Counted from the first letter of the stretch, positions 1 through 12,090 are shown. The stretch is DNA of 41,534 bases from Octopus bimaculoides (GCF_001194135.2 NC_068988.1:13904212-13945745); one strand, 5' to 3'. The notes: generated by a model not told the origin, from the sequence alone. A program made the numbers and translations.

Positions 1-101
1 ATATATGTATGTGTGTGTGAGTGAAACTTTTATACACAATAAGAAGTTGTACGGGTTTCAGGAGTGCTTGACTTCAAATTTGTTGAAACTGACGCAATTA
101 C

Positions 102-140
<39 letters not shown>
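102..140 (+). repeat. (ATCT)n microsatellite
   Basis: Direct reading of tandem ATCT units. Confidence 0.95.
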
Positions 141-142
<2 letters not shown>

Positions 143-359
143 ACTCATTTTATATTCAACTGCGTTATATTTATATTTTATAGTAAAATCAAGTAGATGT
201 TTCATAAATGTCAAAACATTTTCTCATGCGTTTACCGTCAGGTCATTGTCATTGCAACAAATTGTTTCCTTTTTATGAGTCTAGTCCTAATTGGATAGCT
301 TCACGTAATGCTATTCATTATGTTTCATGGTTCTTTGTCATTATTCTTTCCTTGCATGT

Positions 360-369
360 TTTCTTTCCT

Positions 370-456
<87 letters not shown>

Positions 457-495
457 CTCTCTCTTTGTTTGTTTGTTTGTTTGTTTCTATCTATC

Positions 496-555
<60 letters not shown>

Positions 556-563
556 TTTTCTTT

Positions 564-595
<32 letters not shown>

Positions 596-633
596 TTTTC
601 TTTATTTTCTTTCTTTCTTTCTTTCCATTCTTT

Positions 634-669
<36 letters not shown>

Positions 670-671
670 TA

Positions 672-702
<31 letters not shown>

Positions 703-745
703 TTCCTTCCTTTCTTTCTTTTCATTCCTTTTGTTTTCTTTTTTG
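360..745 (+). repeat. (TTTC)n microsatellite, imperfect, with short (CT)n/(TTTG)n inserts
   Basis: Direct reading; it generates the spurious SFFL/KKER ORFs at 208-831. Confidence 0.95.
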
Positions 746-997
746 CACACACACAAATAACGACATGCTGTATAATTGAACCAAGTAAAACTGTGTTTAT
801 TGAACGAGGAACCTTTTCAAAAATCACCTGACGAGACACATCTACACAGAAGAATGCACCATAACGAGGTGTATAGTATCTTACCTACGAGGGATCTATG
901 GGTAGAAACAATCGTTGTAATTAATAAAGAATCTCGTGAATTCCATTTTCTGTTTCTCTCGTTCGTTTTATATATAACATATAAATACAAACATATT

Positions 998-1000
<3 letters not shown>

Positions 1001-1055
<55 letters not shown>

Positions 1056-1080
1056 GTATGTATGTATGTATGTATATATA
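1001..1080 (+). repeat. (AT)n + (ATGT)n compound microsatellite
   Basis: Direct reading. Confidence 0.95.
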
Positions 1081-1977
1081 GCATAATATTCAGTTACGCC
1101 TGGTCTAAGCGTGACGACATTCGTTTATTTTCTTGAAAATAGGGTCATAACTCCGAAATATTGAATACAAGGTAAGTGTACATTAATTCATATATTTATT
1201 TTCTCTTGATTTAACTTGCATTTACTTCTCATTCTTTTGGCTATATATACACTTACACACACACACACATGACTCTGAATGTACAGCTGTGTATGTTGGT
1301 ATATAAATGTATATGTATGTGTTTGCGTTTCTGTGTGTGTGTGTCTTGTGTGTGCGTGTGTTTGTGTGCATGTGTATCTGTGTGTGTGTATTTTAGTTAC
1401 CAGTCATGTAATTACGCCTCTTCTCGGATTAAAAGATTTGCTAATGTTCAATTCACTCTTCTTCATCTTTGAAATATTTCAATTATATTGCTAAGAAGCG
1501 ACGTCTAGCTCTAACAGTGACTGTATGATTTATATCTGTACCAAATATTTTACCTATTGAACTTAGTTATACAAACTGTTTACAAACAATCGAATTTTAT
1601 CAATAAAACTGCTTTTACTGTTCTGTGCGTAACGTTAAAATCACTTTTCCACCTCATATTATCTTAAGCACAACTGCATTATATACACTAACACAGGAAA
1701 TCATGATAGAACCCTTACGATAGAGTTTTCAGCTTTGCTCTCGTCTAAACGATGAAATCGAATAAATAAACATATAAATAAAGAATGAAAATAAAAATAG
1801 AGAAAAGCCGTAAAATGAAGAAAGGAGAAAAGATAAGCTCATGAGAACACCATTATGGACGGGGAAACATGATGATGTTTCACGTTGAAATAAATGCATG
1901 TAAATTGCAAATACAGAAAAATTGTGAGATGAAGTAAAGTAGAATATCACAGAAAACTGTAATTTATGTTTAAAATA

Positions 1978-2790
1978 CGAGTTTTGCTGAAAAGTTCATA
2001 GGCTGGACAAGATACTCTCATAGAATGTGACCAAATAAGGTTTATTTTTCAATATAATCCCACTTTCGGTTCACATACTTCTTCCATCGGTGTTGCAGTG
2101 CTTGGATCCCATTGGTCAAGTAGCTTGCATCTTGTTGGTAAAAAAAAAGTAATCAACAGCAGGCATAACGCCGTCATCACTGCGATACTGATTCCCAGCC
2201 AAGTGTTTTTCTCATGTTAGGGAACAAGTGATAATCAGATGGGGGTCAAATGGGGAGAATAGGGAAGGTGATCAACTAGTTCAAGCCACAGTCACTCACA
2301 CCAACCCTTGTACTGGAACATTGTCCTGATGACACAAGACCCTTTTTGTCTGTTTTGTTTTTCCGGGCGTTTGGCATAGTGCTTTCCATTAATGGTGTGG
2401 ATCTTTCGAAGATAGTCAATAAACACAATGCCCTTTGCATCCCCCAAAACTGAGGTCATTACCATCCCTGCTGATGAAGCGATCTTCACCTTCTTTGGAG
2501 CAGGTGAGGAGGGGTGTTTCCACTGCATGGATTGTCTCCTTGTTTCTGGCTCAAAGTGAAGAACCCAACACTCACCTTAGGAAACGTTCAAAGAAACCAG
2601 CTGGATCGCCTGAAGCACTGTCAGATTTTCTCGCGATGTGATCAGTTCGGTGCGCTTTTGATCAGGTGTCAGAAGACGTGGCATCCACAGAGCAGAAACC
2701 TTCGTCATGTCAAGTTTATTGCACATGATATTGCAAACTCTCTCGTAGGATATGCTCAGACGAAAGTAGCACTGAATAGATGTGGCTGGA
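1978..2790 (-). mobile_element. Decayed, 5'-truncated mariner (DD34D) transposon
   Basis: Minus-strand translation across frameshifts gives DMTKVSALWMPRLLTPDQKRT (WVPxxL motif), HFEPETRRQSMQWKHPSSPAPKK, KGIVFIDYL, HQDN, PYSPHLTPSDYHLFPNM (YSPDL motif) and the C-terminus GIQALQHRWKKYVNRKWDYIEK* (stop 2042-2044). The 3' TIR CGAGTTTTGCTGAAAAGTTC follows TA at 1976-1977. Confidence 0.92.
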
Positions 2791-3109
2791 GTTATACGAA
2801 TCTAACTCAATTCCACGTGACTTAAAGTTTCTCGTATTCTACACGAGATTGGTATATTGACGTGGTAGGACAGTCAAGACGTTGGCGCCAGTTAGCCGTC
2901 ATTTTTAGAATCTGGTATTTCAGAGACAACGGTTATCACATTTGGAGAAACCCGATTTGATAGTCTTACATCTATGCCTGATACTACATCAAATAGTATC
3001 TTCTTTATCAATTTCATTAGTTCTCATTTCTCTACGTTTCATCCCTAGAAATAGTCAAGTTCTTGCTGATGTATGCTTGTTGTTTCACTGAAATGTCTGA
3101 CGGCGATTT

Positions 3110-3610
3110 AACTTTCTTTTTTTTCTTTGTTTCTTTTCTTTTCTACCATATTTTTCTTCTCATTCTTTTCTTTCTTTCCTTCTTTTCTTTCTTTCCTTCT
3201 TTTCTTTCTTTCCTTCTTTTCTTTCTTTCCTTCTTTTCTTTCTTTCCTTCTTTTCTTTCTTTCCTTCTTTTCTTTCTTTCCTTCTTTTCTTTCTTTCCTT
3301 CTTTTCTTTCTCTCTCTCTCCCTCCTTCTCTCTCTCTATTTTTCTGCCAGTCTTTCTCTCCCTATTACTTAATCCTTCTCCTATAGACATTCTTTCCTTT
3401 TTTATTTCTTTCTTTTCTTTTTCTTTGTTTCTTTTTTACCATATTTTTTCTCATTCTTTTCTTTCTTTCTTTCTTTTCTTTTTTACTATATTTCTTTATT
3501 TCTTTTCGCTTTCTTTCTTTCTTTCTTTCTTTCTCTTCCTCCCCCTCTCTGTCTGTCTGTCTGTCTGTCTGTCTTTCTCTTCCTATCACCTAATTCTTCT
3601 CCCATAGACA
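3110..3610 (+). repeat. CT-rich low-complexity block: 17-nt TTTCTTTCCTTCTTTTC repeats inside an old ~250-290-bp tandem duplication
   Basis: Two copies share TTTCTTTGTTTCTTTT..ACCATATTTTT..CTCATTCTTTT at the start and CTTTCTCT.CCTAT.AC.TAAT.CTTCTCC.ATAGACAT at the end. Confidence 0.8.
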
Positions 3611-4221
3611 TATTGTCACCTCATTCTGTTCATTCTTTCGTTACTCCGGTGGACACAGCTTACCGGAATAAGCAAGTTATCTATCAAGTTCGGCCAACAA
3701 AACTACCATTTCCTCTTGTATACAATTCTACATTCACCGTCTTTCTCTCTCTCACCTCCGCACACACACGCACACACACGCACACACATATTCGTCAACA
3801 AACTCAACTTCCATGAACATAAACGCAAGTATTCAACGCGTGGAATTTAGCGAAAAAAATAATTAAAATAAGAAACATTGATTTCTTTCTTCTTATTGTT
3901 GTTATTATTTATCATCCATTTATTGCTCAGTTTAGTTTTTTTTTACTGCTTCTTTAGATGCCACCTTTTCAACCTCCGACGAAGAAGAACGACTTGTTTA
4001 TCTGACACAGGACGATCATTTTTTTACAGGACATGGCAGGAAGTGGTGAAGAAGAGGTTAGGTATGAAAGATGTTATTTCGTATCAGAGTGTTGTTATTT
4101 GTCTAGTTCTAAGAACACTAAAATTTTACTGCAATCGTTTTATTGCTGTTTACTTTCTTTGTTCTGCACTTTTCTACGTTATTATTATTATTATTATTAT
4201 TATCATCATCATTATTATTAT

Positions 4222-4390
4222 TAAATATTTCGTCTGCCGCTACGTTCTGAATTCGAATTCCGCCGAGGTCGACTTTGCCTTTCATCTTTTCGGGGTCGAT
4301 AAATTAAATACCAGTTGCGTACTGAGGGCGATGTGATTGATTGTCTCCCTCCCCACAAAAGTCCAGGCCTTGTGCCTATAGTAGAATGGA
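4222..4390 (+). mobile_element. tRNA-derived SINE, family A (octopus OK-like), 5'-truncated, (ATT)n tail
   Basis: B-box-like GAATTCGAATTCC followed by the family core GCCGAGGTCGACTTTGCCTTTCATC..GGGGTCGATAAATTAAATACCAG, which recurs more than 10 times in the window. Confidence 0.85.
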
Positions 4391-4474
4391 TTATTATTAT
4401 TATTATTGTTGTTGTTGTTGTTGTTATTATTATTGTTGTTGCTGTTGTTATTATTAATATTATTATTATTATTA

Positions 4475-4736
4475 TTTCATGTTTGACTTTTGTATTGCAT
4501 TTGTACAAGTTGGATCCAAGTCTCACCCAGATACCTCAAGAGACAACAAGTTAGAAGTTCATGTAGGTGTTATGCCTAGGGTACCATATATTTGGATTTG
4601 TACAGTTTTGTTCAAGTGAATGTTTAAGAAACCATAAGAAAATTATGTGTTTGCTTTAAAATTTGAGATCACATAGACAGTATTTTACGTAGGATATGGG
4701 CAGTTCCCATGAGCACTATCTTTTGAACTTCAGCCA

Positions 4737-4737
<1 letters not shown>
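4475..4737 (-). mobile_element. 3' end of an R4/Dong-like RLE non-LTR retrotransposon
   Basis: 4737-4669 (minus) reads LAEVQKIVLMGTAHILRKILSM*, matching the QKxVLLGTAxILRKVL C-terminus of R4/Dong-clade ORFs as I recall it. A ~190-bp 3' UTR and (AAT)n tail follow, and both flanks are (AAT)n. Confidence 0.72.
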
Positions 4738-4808
<71 letters not shown>

Positions 4809-4872
4809 ATTGTTGTTGTTGTTATTGTTGTTGTTGTTATTATTATTATTATTATTGTTGTTGTTGTTGTTG

Positions 4873-4922
<50 letters not shown>

Positions 4923-4925
4923 ATA

Positions 4926-5718
4926 AAAGATAAAGGTGATGATATCCTCTTGTGTCATGCTTTGAGCAGCATCTACAATAGCATCCTGGAGGGCATCTTT
5001 ACTTGAAAACTGCCTTCCAGAGTAGTCATAGTGGTCCGTCAAGAGTAGCACGGCATTCGTCAGTGAACAGAACTGTTGAAAAACCTATCTTCATGTATTC
5101 TTCTGCCCTTTCAGTCTCTTCTGTTTATGAACAGCCTTCAGAGGGGAGGGGGCCTTGTAACAAGTTTAACATTCCAGGCTACCTGCTTCAAGAGGCGACA
5201 CCTGTTAGTTTGTGATACGTCTTCCCTGCCACACCGTTTGATGACTTCTTCACTTGTCAGACACGAGTTCTGCACAACTTCCCTTTTCACACGTGACAAA
5301 GTACGATTCGAAGCAACCCTCGACTTACCGTTATCTGCCCTCGACCGGACAGAAATAGGAGACTGCACAAATTTCTTCACTGTTCGGTGATCTTTTCCCA
5401 GTAATTTTGATATTTCTATGTTTTTCTTTTCCTTTTCCAAGCTCTGACACGATGGTAGACTTCTCATTGGAGGTAAGATCACGTTTCTGACCCATAATGA
5501 CACTTAAATTGGGCACCTTCCTAATAATTTGGGATAGCAGAAATGATGCTGCTACACAGTAATGGCCGCCGTTTGTTTTCGTCTGCGCAGATCCGATTTA
5601 TTTTAACAGAATGTGCGCAGATAGGTGTTGCCAACAGTCGGTGGGAAAACAACTGATTTTGAACGAATATAAATTTATTGAGAGAAGGTTGATTTGCCTA
5701 ATAATGTGGGACGCTGTG
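4926..5718 (-). mobile_element. Internally deleted Tc1-like transposon (Tc3/TRT-like motif)
   Basis: TA (5719-5720), then the 5' TIR CACAGCGTCCCACATTATTAGGCAAAT. Frameshifted MGQKRDLTSNEKSTIVSELGKGK..IEISKLLGKDHRTVKKFV, then TVLFTDECRATLDGP (first catalytic D), then a jump to the C-terminal SGRQFSSKDALQDAIVDAA. The 3' end is lost in (ATT)n. Confidence 0.85.
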
Positions 5719-5840
5719 TACATACATACACACACACATATATATATATATACATACATACAAACATACATACACACATATATATATATATAAATATATA
5801 TCTACATTTTTAAAGATATCTATATCTATATCTATATCTA

Positions 5841-5875
<35 letters not shown>

Positions 5876-6253
5876 TTTGTTCCCTTCACGATTGGATCAT
5901 ATGACGTTGAGGAAAATAGCAGCTTCAGAACATGATTGGGTAAATAACATCATCAGATATTCTAATAAATTTGATATTTTTGTATCGAGATCGTCTGTCA
6001 GAGTCAATGTCATGACATCGTACTTATAGATATTACAGTTGTAATCATCAGAATTACTGGTTAATTTCTTTTTTTTTTTTTTTTTTTTTTACTAATATTG
6101 CTATATTTATTGCTATCAATTAGGAGAATATTACTTGTAATTTACGTGTTGAAGAATATCAAGAATATTATAATAACTCAATATTCGTGTTCAAGATTCG
6201 TAATGCTACATATACATACATATATACAAAAATGCATACATATACATGCTATA

Positions 6254-6839
6254 NNNNNNNNNNNNNNNNNNNNNNNNNNNNNNNNNNNNNNNNNNNNNNN
6301 NNNNNNNNNNNNNNNNNNNNNNNNNNNNNNNNNNNNNNNNNNNNNNNNNNNNNNNNNNNNNNNNNNNNNNNNNNNNNNNNNNNNNNNNNNNNNNNNNNNN
6401 NNNNNNNNNNNNNNNNNNNNNNNNNNNNNNNNNNNNNNNNNNNNNNNNNNNNNNNNNNNNNNNNNNNNNNNNNNNNNNNNNNNNNNNNNNNNNNNNNNNN
6501 NNNNNNNNNNNNNNNNNNNNNNNNNNNNNNNNNNNNNNNNNNNNNNNNNNNNNNNNNNNNNNNNNNNNNNNNNNNNNNNNNNNNNNNNNNNNNNNNNNNN
6601 NNNNNNNNNNNNNNNNNNNNNNNNNNNNNNNNNNNNNNNNNNNNNNNNNNNNNNNNNNNNNNNNNNNNNNNNNNNNNNNNNNNNNNNNNNNNNNNNNNNN
6701 NNNNNNNNNNNNNNNNNNNNNNNNNNNNNNNNNNNNNNNNNNNNNNNNNNNNNNNNNNNNNNNNNNNNNNNNNNNNNNNNNNNNNNNNNNNNNNNNNNNN
6801 NNNNNNNNNNNNNNNNNNNNNNNNNNNNNNNNNNNNNNN
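6254..6839. other. Assembly gap (N run); others at 11086-11715, 12848-12857, 24970-25351, 30716-31012, 32498-32651, 34787-34796, 35141-35691, 40171-40200
   Basis: N runs, nearly all abutting microsatellites. Confidence 0.99.
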
Positions 6840-6878
<39 letters not shown>

Positions 6879-7214
6879 TATATATATATATAAATATATA
6901 TATTTACTCATATATATATATATATATATATATACGTATTTGTATCTATATTTATACATCTCATGGCTATCATATGAACATGTCTCAGCTGCAATCATGT
7001 ACTACTTGGCAGCAGAAAAGACTATGTACGATGTACGATGCATTCACTCCTGTTCAAGGAGACCATGATGTCGCCAAGTCGCTTGCAGTCACACACTCCT
7101 TGTCTTAAACCTCACACCTTTTACACAGCGTAACATTAAGTGTATGTCAGCTAGAACGAGATGGATAGTTTTAACAGATAAATAGATAGAGAGAGCGAGG
7201 AGAGAGTGAGGACT

Positions 7215-7255
<41 letters not shown>

Positions 7256-7337
7256 AGATAGAAGAGGATACATCTAGGCAGCTCGTGGACAGAGGCTATA
7301 TTTACTTAATTTCAAGTCATTCTTTATCCCGTATGAG

Positions 7338-7510
7338 TGCAATTCCCCCACCCCTAGGACAATAACCCCCATGCAAGGACAATTCCCCTTACGACTACTA
7401 CCTCCTTGGACAAATACCTCCTCTCCAATGCATTAGAAAGTTTTAAATCATCATCTGTTGTCCTCAGCGGTATTTGTCCTTGGGGCGTTATTGTCCATGG
7501 GGTACTCTTA
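7338..7510. mobile_element. Small foldback/MITE-like remnant with inverted GGACAA subterminal repeats
   Basis: Left side has GGACAATAACCCCC, GGACAATTCCCC, GGACAAATACC; right side has GGTATTTGTCC and GGGCGTTATTGTCC (reverse complements). Confidence 0.45.
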
Positions 7511-7644
7511 GACTGATTTATCCACCTTGTTACAGTCCAGTTAAAGGGTATGTACAGCTTTTTATAGATCCGGCAGCACTATTCGTTGGATTAGTGTGCC
7601 CCCGAAAATGCTCTTTCTCTCTACCTTCTCTCTCTATATATGTA

Positions 7645-7900
7645 TCTAGTATATATAAATCACTGTATGTTTGTGTATATTGAATAGCGCATACATTTCC
7701 ACAATTCTCAACCGATTTTCATCAAACTTTACACACACATTACTGATGTCCCAAGGATAGTCATTCACTATAAAATTTTGCCCAGAGCTCTCACATAAAT
7801 GGACAAACCGGTAAAAACGGTGGTTTACAGGGGTTTTTATCCAATTCGTTGTATGTACATAGTTTTTTGTATGTAGGGTCTTCCATACTCTTTTAATCAA
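7645..7900 (+). mobile_element. Possible non-autonomous Helitron-like element (5' part)
   Basis: Starts A|TCTAGTATATATAAA, then TGTATGTTTGTG and AACCGATTTTCATCAAACTT, motifs I associate with Helitron-derived non-autonomous repeats. A candidate 3' CTAG at 8076-8079 lacks a clear hairpin. Confidence 0.4.
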
Positions 7901-9889
7901 TATGGTCGTATATTGGCATTAGCGAATATCTTTTAGTGGTTTTCACATTTTTTGATTTATTATTTATTTATGCTGTAATTGTGTATTATTACTTGGTTAG
8001 AGAATATTATAAAAGTGAAAGGATTTTGTCTATTTATTTATTTCGACTGTCCAACAGCGACGGTGAGTAAATTGACTAGGAACACTGTACGCGATGACTA
8101 TCCAATACCAAACAATTTTAATCTCCATATTTAAATTGCATTAAACTTTGGCAAGCTTACCTTTACCTATTCTGAGTTACTTGAAAGGTAATATTCCCTT
8201 CCCTCTCTGCTATTTTTTGATACATTTGTTCACTTTAAGGATGCTTATTTACCCATCCATTATCATATACTGAACGCGACATCTTTTCACTCCAAACTGC
8301 TAAAGATTCAAAGCAGTATTCGAGAATTTGACTTCAAACTCTTCATGTATTCATTTTTCGCTGCCTGAAGTTAATTTTAGAGTGGTCGTACACTGTAAGC
8401 ACGTAACAAATATATTCTTTTAACTCTACTTTTTCAAGTACGTGTTATATTGCCATTTTTGAATGTACCCATCATACTTCTCTCCGAAAAATAGCTCCCT
8501 TTGCTATTGAATAAAATAAACTCGCAGAGAAGTTCCAACGTCTTCCTTCAATTTCCTTACACCGTTTGTGTAGCTGTTTCTGACAAAAAATTTTGCTTTC
8601 ATGTAAAACAACTATATTTTGTAGTCATTATCCGTAATCTACTCCCAAAACACTTCAGTAGCTCTACTTTGCATCGCTTGCAAATTTATATGTTCTATGA
8701 TCATTAAAGTGCAACGATCTCCACAATAACCAGCTTTCAATTCGGTTTTCTGTTCCTAGGTTAATCGGAAACATAGATTGCTGTGCTACTCATAAACCTT
8801 CTCTGTAGTTCAATTATTTGGTAAAAAAATATCACCAAAGCAACTTAAACCGTCCAAAAGACGGGTGTGTTTGCTAGTACATATATAAATACATACAGAC
8901 ACACATATTATCAGCATACACACTTGAAATAGCGTTAGGTTAAAATGTCGCTGCGCATAACATTTAAAATACATGAACATACAGATATGAAATGGCATTG
9001 ACTGTAATATTCTGCCTTAGACAAACTTTCTACGTTCGTATATACATTACATACACACACATTCTTACATATACACCATATACACATACATTCTTACACA
9101 CACATACGCACACATACCCACAATCGTGTGCCATAGCATGAAAAGCCATATCAATATTATGAATATTCTTTCTCAAGACGAGGAATTATTATTTGGAGAA
9201 CCTATTAAAGCTGCGTGCATACCATTTATCTCTTGTTATTCGTGGCTCTCTTTATCTGTTCATGTGTGCTTTGTTTTGTGTGTGTGTGTTCTGAGCACAC
9301 ATTGTCGACAACGAAGACAAGCACAAGTAAGGAAGAATGGCAAAAATAACAGAAGGACCGAGAAACAAGACTGACGATGTTAATCAGGTTTTGTTGTAGA
9401 GGATATACCCGTGGTGATATCGGAAATGGATATTTCGTATGTCTGAATCGAGTTGAATCTCACGGAACTTTCCTACCGATATACAACAAGAAGTAAATAT
9501 GAAGCCATTACTTACGTAAGAAGAAGAAGGATGTAGTGCGTTATGTGAAAAGAACTTTTATTATTCATCTGTCTCGAGAAAGACAATAGAAATTTGTACC
9601 ATTGATCAGACAGGAATTGAATATCAGCTCAACACGGGAGAGGAACCTGTTGTTGTTATCAGTCCGGTAAGCTCGATCCAGCACAGCTTTGATCAAAAAC
9701 ATTCCAAATGTGACCAACCTGTATTCTGCTTTTCTTTTCAGACTAAATATCCATAGTGGACTACATTATACGGTATGTCCTTTAAAATATTAAGGTATGA
9801 TTTTGAAGACTTTTGGGCGCTATTTCTAGAAAGTAGAACGACTGTATAGAGACATCTCCGTCATACCTATCATTGGCTTTAATTCCAAT

Positions 9890-9916
9890 ACCACCACCAC
9901 CACCACCACCAGAGAG

Positions 9917-9999
<83 letters not shown>

Positions 10000-10030
10000 A
10001 ACAGAGAGAAAGAGAGAAACAGTGAGAGAG
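9890..10030 (+). repeat. (CCA)n + (GA)n microsatellite
   Basis: Direct reading. Confidence 0.95.
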
Positions 10031-11020
10031 TTATAGATATGAAATACTATTCTGTTTAAAGAACGATTTATCGAAAAATGTAGTCCGATATATACGATGG
10101 CTAAAATGATGGTCACAAATGAAACGTCTTGAAGAGTATTCAAATTTTCAAATTATATTCCACTATTTTATTTAAAAAACGATTTATCGAATAATGTACT
10201 CTGAAATATATTGTGTCTGAAGAACTGAACCCGGGATGGTCACAGATGGAACACCTTTGATTACAGCTTTCCTAGATCAAAATAACCTGAAGAACAAGCA
10301 ACACCAATAAGAAAACAACTAATTTATTTTAATTAATGATATGCTTAATTTCAAGAGACTGAATATATCATTTCGCAAACAGAAAGAATATAGGTGTGAG
10401 AGCTCTTGGAAATTTCCAAATAACAAAGATTTTCTTCATTTTCTTTTGTTGCGATAATTGAAAGACGACCTAACAACAACTAGGTTATATCTTACATCAA
10501 TAAGCGGCGTACACCGGGATCAATTTGGCATTAAATACGCATAAACATCTAAATTCTTTGATTAAAACTCCCAGGTGTTGCTTTGGCCGACACTTAATGA
10601 GAAATCGAATTTAATAAACGCTAATAATCGAAATTAAATAAGCACCGAATTTAATCTGATAGAAAGAAATGATTTGAAGTAATAATTCACATATTAATTA
10701 ATATTTGCCGTAATTATCCCTCTATAATTTGACAGCTTCACATAAATGCATAATATTCTTCCCACGAATATATAATGATTTATATAGTAGAATCTAGATA
10801 GGTTATCTGGGAAATTACAATCAAAATCGTTTATTAAAACCAGCCGTTTCCGTCATTAGTTATATTCAAATATTATTCTGTAAACCAATTAAGAAGTTCC
10901 GTGTTATATGAAGTTCTAACTCAAGTTACATGTTTCCGTATTCATGATTTTAAATAAGTCATTATATTCATATATTCATATTGTCTATATGCCTCCGGTA
11001 TAGGACACACACACACACAC

Positions 11021-11058
<38 letters not shown>

Positions 11059-11715
11059 CTACATACATATATGCTTACATACACANNNNNNNNNNNNNNN
11101 NNNNNNNNNNNNNNNNNNNNNNNNNNNNNNNNNNNNNNNNNNNNNNNNNNNNNNNNNNNNNNNNNNNNNNNNNNNNNNNNNNNNNNNNNNNNNNNNNNNN
11201 NNNNNNNNNNNNNNNNNNNNNNNNNNNNNNNNNNNNNNNNNNNNNNNNNNNNNNNNNNNNNNNNNNNNNNNNNNNNNNNNNNNNNNNNNNNNNNNNNNNN
11301 NNNNNNNNNNNNNNNNNNNNNNNNNNNNNNNNNNNNNNNNNNNNNNNNNNNNNNNNNNNNNNNNNNNNNNNNNNNNNNNNNNNNNNNNNNNNNNNNNNNN
11401 NNNNNNNNNNNNNNNNNNNNNNNNNNNNNNNNNNNNNNNNNNNNNNNNNNNNNNNNNNNNNNNNNNNNNNNNNNNNNNNNNNNNNNNNNNNNNNNNNNNN
11501 NNNNNNNNNNNNNNNNNNNNNNNNNNNNNNNNNNNNNNNNNNNNNNNNNNNNNNNNNNNNNNNNNNNNNNNNNNNNNNNNNNNNNNNNNNNNNNNNNNNN
11601 NNNNNNNNNNNNNNNNNNNNNNNNNNNNNNNNNNNNNNNNNNNNNNNNNNNNNNNNNNNNNNNNNNNNNNNNNNNNNNNNNNNNNNNNNNNNNNNNNNNN
11701 NNNNNNNNNNNNNNN

Positions 11716-11746
<31 letters not shown>

Positions 11747-12028
11747 CAGATATAGGGCAGGGAATTGTCAATTAGTAATAAAATTAATAATTAACAATTT
11801 TGCCAAGTAGTTCAGTATGAAAAAAACCTTTATCGGTAAAACCATTTATAATCATAAATATATAGGGCTTAGCATGAGATGCTTCACCAACATACTGAGA
11901 ATTTAGAAATAGCAGTCAAAGAACTACTGATTCCAAACTACAATTTTTTCTCGAACGGATGGCGATATTTATGGCACACACAGAACAAAAACAGAAGAGA
12001 AAAGCAAAAACAAACCTGCCTTTAGTTA

Positions 12029-12090
12029 ACCATGTACGACGTTTCACGGTTAAGAGTATAAAGCTACCCTACTCCGATCATCAGCATGGT
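12029..12090 (-). ncRNA. Minimal type I hammerhead ribozyme
   Basis: Minus strand: ACCAUG-CUGAUGA-U-CGG-AGUA-GGGUAGCUUUA-UACU-CUUAA-CCG-U-GAAA-C-GUC-G-UA^CAUGGU. Helix I is 6 bp (ACCAUG/CAUGGU), the core CUGAUGA/GAAA is intact, helix III is very short, and cleavage is predicted after GUA (between 12035 and 12034). Confidence 0.75.

Larger units (their letters stand above)
4180..4925 (+). repeat. (ATT)n/(GTT)n trinucleotide tracts (4180-4222, 4390-4477, 4737-4925) interrupted by retroelement insertions
   Basis: Direct reading; the last tract gives the poly-N ORF 4716-5051. Confidence 0.95.

Noticed and set aside
208-831. Long ORFs such as the SFFL-rich 207 aa, and all [12 protein letters not shown]/poly-N ORFs elsewhere
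   Set aside because: They are translations of stop-free microsatellites.
6098-7108. ORFs spanning X runs (also at 10968, 24871, 30684, 32399, 34846)
   Set aside because: They are open only because N gaps hide stops.
9520-9669. 50-codon open frame ending at CCG|GTAAGC
   Set aside because: Weak acceptor, and the donor falls in a decayed copy of the family D SINE tail (GTTGTTGTT..GATC.AGCA..TTTGATCAAA..CATTCC).
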